DNA of 33,942 nucleotides, taken from contig CAZJVM010000027.1 of the NCBI GenBank assembly GCA_964549305.1, positions 1 through 33,942 of the forward strand, written 5' to 3'. Below are positions 28,771 to 33,942 of the stretch, in pieces. The notes under the pieces were generated by a model. That model searched no databases, was not told the origin of the DNA, and was given only the letters and a program-made list of their open reading frames with translations. Numbering within the stretch: the first letter of the stretch is position 1; every line of letters starts with the position of its first letter. Both the position numbers and the translations under genes were made by a program. The DNA comes from an uncultured bacterium (GTDB lineage Bacteria; Schekmanbacteria; GWA2-38-11; J061).

Positions 28771-29010
28771 CTGTTTACAGCTTAAACAGAAAATCCGGTG
28801 ATTCGAAGTTGAAAAGATTTTTGTTCAAATTTTCAAAAAAAATAATATTTAACAGTTTTTTCTGTGGCTAACCAACTGATTATTAAAGAAATAATACAAT
28901 ATGGCAAAAAGAAATATATGGAATGGAAAGTGTCGAATTATTGAACAGTTTTTATTTAAATAAATCAATAGGTTATGTTTTTTTATGGCTAAGTGTCGGG
29001 AAAATGAACA
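28771..29010. promoter_or_regulatory. Three TGT-N11-ACA sites; putative enhancer-binding-protein sites
   Basis: Perfect palindrome CTGTTTA-N5-TAAACAG (28771-28789). Direct repeat AAGTGTCG-N6-TGAACA at 28928-28947 and 28991-29010, 63 bp apart. Confidence 0.7.
28963..28975 (+). promoter_or_regulatory. IHF consensus site between the two proximal enhancer-like sites
   Basis: AATCAAtaggTTA matches WATCAANNNNTTR. Confidence 0.55.
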
Positions 29011-29085
29011 TTTTTTAAAAAAATTTAAAGGTGAATATTTTAAGAATAAAAAAATTTATTAATTTATGCATAATAAAGCTAAATA

Positions 29086-29098
29086 TATCAAATAGTTA
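29086..29098 (+). promoter_or_regulatory. IHF consensus site between enhancer and sigma-54 promoter
   Basis: TATCAAatagTTA matches WATCAANNNNTTR, with an A/T tract upstream. Confidence 0.65.
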
Positions 29099-29124
29099 AC
29101 AAATAGTGCGGATATCTTCTTTTT

Positions 29125-29141
29125 TTGGCATAAATCTTGCA
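29125..29141 (+). promoter_or_regulatory. Sigma-54 (-24/-12) promoter
   Basis: TTGGCATAAATCTTGCA: GG (29127-29128)-N10-GC (29139-29140), matching TGGCAC-N5-TTGCW with one mismatch. Confidence 0.85.
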
Positions 29142-29162
29142 AACGCTTATATATAAGAGGTT

Positions 29163-31034
29163 ATGCCTCTTTATCTGTCAACCTTGCGGTGGATATTCAG
29201 GGGGGGTATCGTATCAGTGGGGATAAAAAGACTAAAACTTTTTTTTCGTTTCAATAAATATCTTTTCCCATATTGGGATAAGGAAGTCATAATATTGGTC
29301 TGTACGGTATTTGCAACACTCTTCAGTCTTGCAAGTCCCTATCTTACGAAAATAACAATCGATTTTGCATATGCAAACAGAGATTTTTATCTTTTCAATA
29401 TGCTGGTGCTTTCCGGCGCGCTGATTTTCATTTTTTCAGGACTTTTAAACGGTATAAAAAGTTATATTTCCGTTTATGTAAAACAGCTTTTAACATTCGA
29501 TATAAGAGCGGATTATTACAGGCACCTTCAAAAACTTTCCATTCGTTTTTTCCAGTCACGCACCACCGGTGAGCAGATGTACAGAGTGGGAGGCGATATA
29601 AACAATGTCGCTTCCATGGCAACTGACACAATACCCAATGTAATTACGACAATTATCAGACTGGTCTTTCTCTTTTCGATTTCTTTTGTGTTGAGCTGGA
29701 AACTTACGCTTATTGCTCTTCTAATAACGCCTTTCTTCTATCTCCATTCTTATGTCTTTGGCGAAAAACTGAGAGAAAGGAATAAAGAGATGACGGAAAA
29801 GGGACAGGACATTCTAAGCAGTCTTCAGGATGCCTTTTCCAATATACGTCTCATAAAAGTTTTTGGAAAGGAGAAAAATGAGGTCAGAAGGTATCTGACT
29901 GACCAGATTGATATGATACGCCTCAGCCTTAAAAACTATAAGATGGGGGTCGCGAGCGGAAGCACCCTGAGCATAATGAATACTTTGGTGATGACATCGC
30001 TTTCCTATTATGCGGGATATCTCATTATCGTCGAGGAATTGACCTTGGGAAGTCTTACGGCGCTCGTGCTCTATCTTGTCCAGCTTTTTGGTCTTCTTAA
30101 ATCACTCGGGACGACGTATCAGGGCGTTATAATAAAATTTGTAAATATCGAAAGGCTTGTTGAGACTTTCGATGCCGCGATTGAAATCAGCGACAAACCC
30201 AATGCAGTTGCCCTTCGAAAAATAGAGGGTGAGGTTGAATTCAGGGATATACACTTTGGTTATAAAAATGGTGAAGAGGTTTTGAAGGGCGTGAATTTTA
30301 AAATCGCTCCAAATTCGACTGTTGGAATTATGGGGAAAAGCGGTGCGGGGAAAACCACCATACTGAATCTTGTTTTAAGGCTTTATGACCCGTGGAAGGG
30401 CAGTGTACTCATAGACGGGAAAGATGTAAGGGATTTAAAACTACAAATTCTCAGGGAAAAGACTGGAGTAGTTTTTCAGGAACCCTATCTTTTAAACGGC
30501 ACCATAGCCGAGAATATTAGTTACGGAAAACCGGATGCCACCAGAAGGGAAATCATTGCCGCGGCTGAACTTGCAGACGCGCACGATTTTATCAAGGGAT
30601 TTCCCGACGCTTATGAATCAGAAATAGGCGAGGGCGGATGCAACCTTTCGCAGGGACAAAAGCAGAGAATTGCCATAGCGCGGGCGCTTGTTAAAAAGCC
30701 CGGCATTCTCATTCTCGATGAGGCGACATCATCTTTAGGTTCCGATTCCGAAGGGGAGATAAAAAAATCCCTTTCGGCACTGAAGGACAGATGTACCATC
30801 ATTATAGTTTCACATCGGCTTTCCACTATTATGGACGCCGATTCGGTTTTTGTCCTTGAAGACGGGATGATAACTTCAAAAGGCACGCATGAGGATCTCC
30901 TCGAAGAAAATTCTTTTTACAGGAATGTTTATAATGAACAGTTCAAAAAGTCAGGAAAGCCGCGCCTTGAGATTTTGCGCGAGAAAATAAATAAACCAGA
31001 GCAAAAGGAAAAAGAAACTGACAATGGGGCTTAA
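29163..31034 (+). CDS. ABC exporter, fused permease/ATP-binding, no C39 peptidase domain
   Basis: Six-TM domain, GKSGAGKTT, LSQGQKQR, ILDEATS, SHR. True start may be in-frame GTG 29217 after GGGGGG. Confidence 0.93.
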   Translation: MPLYLSTLRWIFRGGIVSVGIKRLKLFFRFNKYLFPYWDKEVIILVCTVFATLFSLASPYLTKITIDFAYANRDFYLFNMLVLSGALIFIFSGLLNGIKSYISVYVKQLLTFDIRADYYRHLQKLSIRFFQSRTTGEQMYRVGGDINNVASMATDTIPNVITTIIRLVFLFSISFVLSWKLTLIALLITPFFYLHSYVFGEKLRERNKEMTEKGQDILSSLQDAFSNIRLIKVFGKEKNEVRRYLTDQIDMIRLSLKNYKMGVASGSTLSIMNTLVMTSLSYYAGYLIIVEELTLGSLTALVLYLVQLFGLLKSLGTTYQGVIIKFVNIERLVETFDAAIEISDKPNAVALRKIEGEVEFRDIHFGYKNGEEVLKGVNFKIAPNSTVGIMGKSGAGKTTILNLVLRLYDPWKGSVLIDGKDVRDLKLQILREKTGVVFQEPYLLNGTIAENISYGKPDATRREIIAAAELADAHDFIKGFPDAYESEIGEGGCNLSQGQKQRIAIARALVKKPGILILDEATSSLGSDSEGEIKKSLSALKDRCTIIIVSHRLSTIMDADSVFVLEDGMITSKGTHEDLLEENSFYRNVYNEQFKKSGKPRLEILREKINKPEQKEKETDNGA

Positions 31035-31575
31035 AAAAGAAAGAGTGTCGCGGGAATACGAAGTGGAATTTTTAAAAAAAATTATGCAGGGGAGAGTACT
31101 CCTTCCCGCAGTTGTTGGCTTGATTATGTTTTTGCTCGTCTTTTCCGTAGGAGGAATATTTCTTGTTACAAAGGTGAAAGAAAAAACTACAGGCATTATG
31201 AATGTTTCAGCGGGTAATAATGAAAATCCGGGAGATAGCGCGGCTTTCGATGTGAACTTGTCTTTGAATTACAGGTATGAAGTCAATCGTGGCGACGAGG
31301 TGGAGGTTGTTTTGAAGGATTTGAACAACCATGTTTATTTAGAGGGAGGCGTGAAAGAAATAATATCAAATGCCCCGGTTAAAGGGGAACATTACAAAAA
31401 AATTATTGTGAAAATAAATGATATTAAAAGTTCCGGTGAAAATAGTGACGGGGAAATCATAAAGAGAATCGAGGCAGATTCAAATATAAGTGTTGATGTT
31501 TTTGTCAGGTCAAGGCAGTTGCTTGAACTTTTTGTAGGGGAGAAACTCAGAAAATTAGCAGGGAGATTTCTTTAA
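31024..31575 (+). CDS. Single-TM protein, truncated HlyD/membrane-fusion-like accessory
   Basis: One TM, a beta-rich domain (VNRGDEVEV...LEGGVKEI) and a HlyD-like C-terminus (VDVFVRSRQLLELFV). Overlaps the ABC gene stop. Confidence 0.6.
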   Translation: MGLKKERVSREYEVEFLKKIMQGRVLLPAVVGLIMFLLVFSVGGIFLVTKVKEKTTGIMNVSAGNNENPGDSAAFDVNLSLNYRYEVNRGDEVEVVLKDLNNHVYLEGGVKEIISNAPVKGEHYKKIIVKINDIKSSGENSDGEIIKRIEADSNISVDVFVRSRQLLELFVGEKLRKLAGRFL

Positions 31576-31578
31576 GCT

Positions 31579-32844
31579 ATGGGAAGAAACGGAATAGATA
31601 CGGGGAAAATTATAGAAATTATTACCGGAAAGATAAGGGAAGAGGGAGTGGGTTTTTTCGCTCAGCTTGATGCTTTTCTTACGGGCAAGCTTGAATTGTC
31701 CCGCGGGGATTCAAAAGCTCTCACAGAAAAAATAATGGAGCAATTCAAGGAGAAGGCATTTCCTCCCGTAACCCGCCTTGAGATGTTTCTTACTGAAAAC
31801 TGTCCCCTGAGGTGCGACTATTGCTTTGTTGAGGGGAAAAACAACTATAAAAGAATGAGCAGGGAAACGGCGATGAAGGCAGTTGATTTTCTTATTCGGG
31901 AATCAGCTGACAAAGAGGATGTGAATATAATTTTCTTTGGAGGCGAACCTCTTCTCGAGTTTGAGCTTATGAAGGAAATTACGGAATACTCAGGCAGTGA
32001 AGCGAAAAAGGCGGGAAAAAAAATAACCTATGACATAACTACAAACGGAGTGCTTTTTACGGATGAGATACTAAAATATTTTCATCAAAAGGGAATCAAG
32101 TTTCTTTTAAGCATCGATGGTGATGCGGAGACTCACAACAGGCACAGAAAGACAGTGGACGGGAAGGGGAGTTATGAACTCGTAATGGAAAAATTTCCGA
32201 TGATGAAAAAATATCAACCGTGGATGGGTGCTAAACTCACAGTGCATCCCGATACAGCGCATAAAATAACGGATAACGTGATACATCTTTCAAAGAGGGG
32301 ATTCAATCAGTTTATTATCGGCGCGGCAAGCGGAGTGGAATGGGATGAAGAGAACTGGAAAATATATGAAGAACAGATGCATGAAGTCGCCCGTATCTAC
32401 AGAAAAATGAAAAAAGAACGGCAATATTTCAGAATGACGCTTTTTGAGGAGGAAGAAGATAAGTTCTTCAATAAAAAATATATCTGGGGATGCCAGGCAG
32501 GAAGACATTCATTGACAATTGCGGCTAACGGCGACATCTATCCCTGCGCAAAAATGCTTGGACTCGATGACCTTGGCGGAATCTGTAGACTCGGCGACCT
32601 CGATTCCGGAATTACGGAGATAATAACCCGCGGAGAGCTTATGGGAATGGGCAAAGTTGACCGGAGCAAATGCGGCGAGTGTGAAATCCTTGATTGCTGT
32701 AAGGGGGGGTGTTTTGCCACTAACTATCTTGAAACAAAAAATATGTTTAAGCCCAGTTTTTTTGACTGCAGGACATCCGCGATACAAACAAGAGTGATAA
32801 CGAGCCATCTCAGGGCTCTAAAGGAAGAAAGTGAAGATAAGTAA
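31579..32844 (+). CDS. Radical SAM/SPASM peptide-maturase-like protein
   Basis: CPLRCDYC, FFGGEPLL, SIDG; SPASM CQAG...IYPC...CGECEILDCCKGGC...C. Confidence 0.92.
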   Translation: MGRNGIDTGKIIEIITGKIREEGVGFFAQLDAFLTGKLELSRGDSKALTEKIMEQFKEKAFPPVTRLEMFLTENCPLRCDYCFVEGKNNYKRMSRETAMKAVDFLIRESADKEDVNIIFFGGEPLLEFELMKEITEYSGSEAKKAGKKITYDITTNGVLFTDEILKYFHQKGIKFLLSIDGDAETHNRHRKTVDGKGSYELVMEKFPMMKKYQPWMGAKLTVHPDTAHKITDNVIHLSKRGFNQFIIGAASGVEWDEENWKIYEEQMHEVARIYRKMKKERQYFRMTLFEEEEDKFFNKKYIWGCQAGRHSLTIAANGDIYPCAKMLGLDDLGGICRLGDLDSGITEIITRGELMGMGKVDRSKCGECEILDCCKGGCFATNYLETKNMFKPSFFDCRTSAIQTRVITSHLRALKEESEDK

Positions 32845-33805
32845 AAACGGAAAAGAGATTTTGGAATCTCATAGTGGCGAAGAACTTTATGGTAGCGGCT
32901 TATCCTTTTTCGGAAGAAGAGTCACCCTGTTTACGAATTTGAAGGATTTTGATGAGGAGTTTAATTCTTCTTTCAGGCATATGATTGGCAAAGCCGGTGG
33001 GAAGAAGGAAGGAAAGAACTTCTTTCTTTATGAGGAAAAGGACGGGAGGTTCAATCTTGTTCTTCCCACGCATCAAAATCTTAATTTTGAAGGGCGCGAA
33101 ATACTTTTTCCTCTTTTTATGAGTCTTGTGAACTCATTTGTTCTGCCGGAAATAAAGGATATGCTGATTTTTCACTCTGCTGCGGTATCAGTTGACGGCA
33201 GAGGAGTCATAATACCCGGAAGCGAGGCATCCGGGAAAACTACCCTGACGGCAGCGCTTCTTGAGAGAGGATTTACATACTTTTCCGATGAATACGCCGG
33301 CTTTGAATACGGTGAGCTTTCATTGCTTCCTTTCCCTAAATCTCTCTTTATGAGGGAAGAGTCTTTGGGGCTTTTTAACGGCAAAAGAGAGATTCTCGAA
33401 CAATGTTCTGCGTACAACTACCGTAATGAGAAAAGGTGGATTGTCGACCCTAATGAAGTTTTTGGCGCTGATGTAGGCAAAAAATCTTCACCACAATTCA
33501 TAGTATTCCTAAAACCTAATTACGGAGGAAAATCGGATATCAGGGAAATACCGTCCTATGAGGTGCTGACAAGAATTCTCGAGACTTCAAGAAACTCTGT
33601 TTACCTCAGTCAGGCAGAGAGAAAAGATTTTTTTGAGAAAGTCTTAACTCTTGTGAGGAAAACAGCTGGATTTGAACTTACGGTTGGGATGCCCGGCGAG
33701 GCATCTGCAATTCTTCTTGATGTCGTTAAGAATGCGAAAATAAAAATATTCAATAAATTACCGGAACTTGAAGCGGTCGCTGAAAAGGTCCGGTCGATGA
33801 TTTAA
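32831..33805 (+). CDS. HprK-related P-loop Ser/Thr kinase
   Basis: FHSAAV, Walker A GSEASGKTT, YFSDE, LLPFPK. GTG start overlaps the radical SAM stop. Confidence 0.85.
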   Translation: MKISKNGKEILESHSGEELYGSGLSFFGRRVTLFTNLKDFDEEFNSSFRHMIGKAGGKKEGKNFFLYEEKDGRFNLVLPTHQNLNFEGREILFPLFMSLVNSFVLPEIKDMLIFHSAAVSVDGRGVIIPGSEASGKTTLTAALLERGFTYFSDEYAGFEYGELSLLPFPKSLFMREESLGLFNGKREILEQCSAYNYRNEKRWIVDPNEVFGADVGKKSSPQFIVFLKPNYGGKSDIREIPSYEVLTRILETSRNSVYLSQAERKDFFEKVLTLVRKTAGFELTVGMPGEASAILLDVVKNAKIKIFNKLPELEAVAEKVRSMI

Positions 33806-33869
33806 GGGTTTTTGAAGTAAGTGCGGCAAATGGCAGTTAACATTTATTAACCGATAAGGGGGTGAGGAA

Positions 33870-33942
33870 ATGGATTTTAAGGATATCGAAAAGATTGCGG
33901 GAGCGGTAGTTGGTAATCTTTTCAGCCCGAGAAGTGCTAATG
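33870..33942 (+). CDS. 5' end of a CDS truncated by the window edge; candidate precursor peptide
   Basis: Strong purine-rich RBS AAGGGGGTGAGG before ATG 33870; MDFKDIEKIAGAVVGNLFSPRSAN..., open to the end of the window. Confidence 0.6.
   Translation, partial: MDFKDIEKIAGAVVGNLFSPRSAN

Noticed and set aside
31579-32844. Anaerobic sulfatase maturase assignment
   Set aside because: No sulfatase with a (C/S)xPxR motif is in the window, and the exporter/kinase context favours a peptide substrate.
485-33417. Many short antisense or alternate-frame ORFs in the track
   Set aside because: They overlap well-supported genes and lack motifs.
1-33942. CRISPR arrays, tRNAs, IS elements, integrases, inteins and selenocysteine read-through
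   Set aside because: None were seen by eye, and the major ORFs appear uninterrupted.

Overview
This is an AT-rich bacterial chromosomal window with two RiPP-like (modified-peptide) loci at its ends, a surface-glycan region and a few housekeeping genes. Left locus (+): the C-terminal end of a probable secreted protein, then a 54-aa precursor-like peptide missed by the ORF track (180-344, YxxPxI leader motif, ending TAKTCSPFPP) and a strong terminator. These are followed by an RRE/PqqD-fused radical SAM/SPASM enzyme, an HprK-related kinase, a PorU/gingipain-like C25 peptidase, an S24/S26 peptidase and a VanZ-like membrane protein. Middle: GT4, radical SAM, membrane alkaline-phosphatase-family protein, two flavoproteins, GNAT, DegT, GT-C/GT2, RNase P RNA, ogg, class II ribonucleotide reductase with tandem NrdR boxes, a second GT-C, AsnB, a lipoprotein and a crotonase. 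Right locus (+): a sigma-54 promoter with IHF sites and TGT-N11-ACA enhancer-like sites, upstream of an ABC exporter, a mini-HlyD-like protein, a second radical SAM/SPASM, a second HprK-related kinase and a truncated ORF that may be the precursor. All assignments come from reading motifs by eye; no database searches were run.
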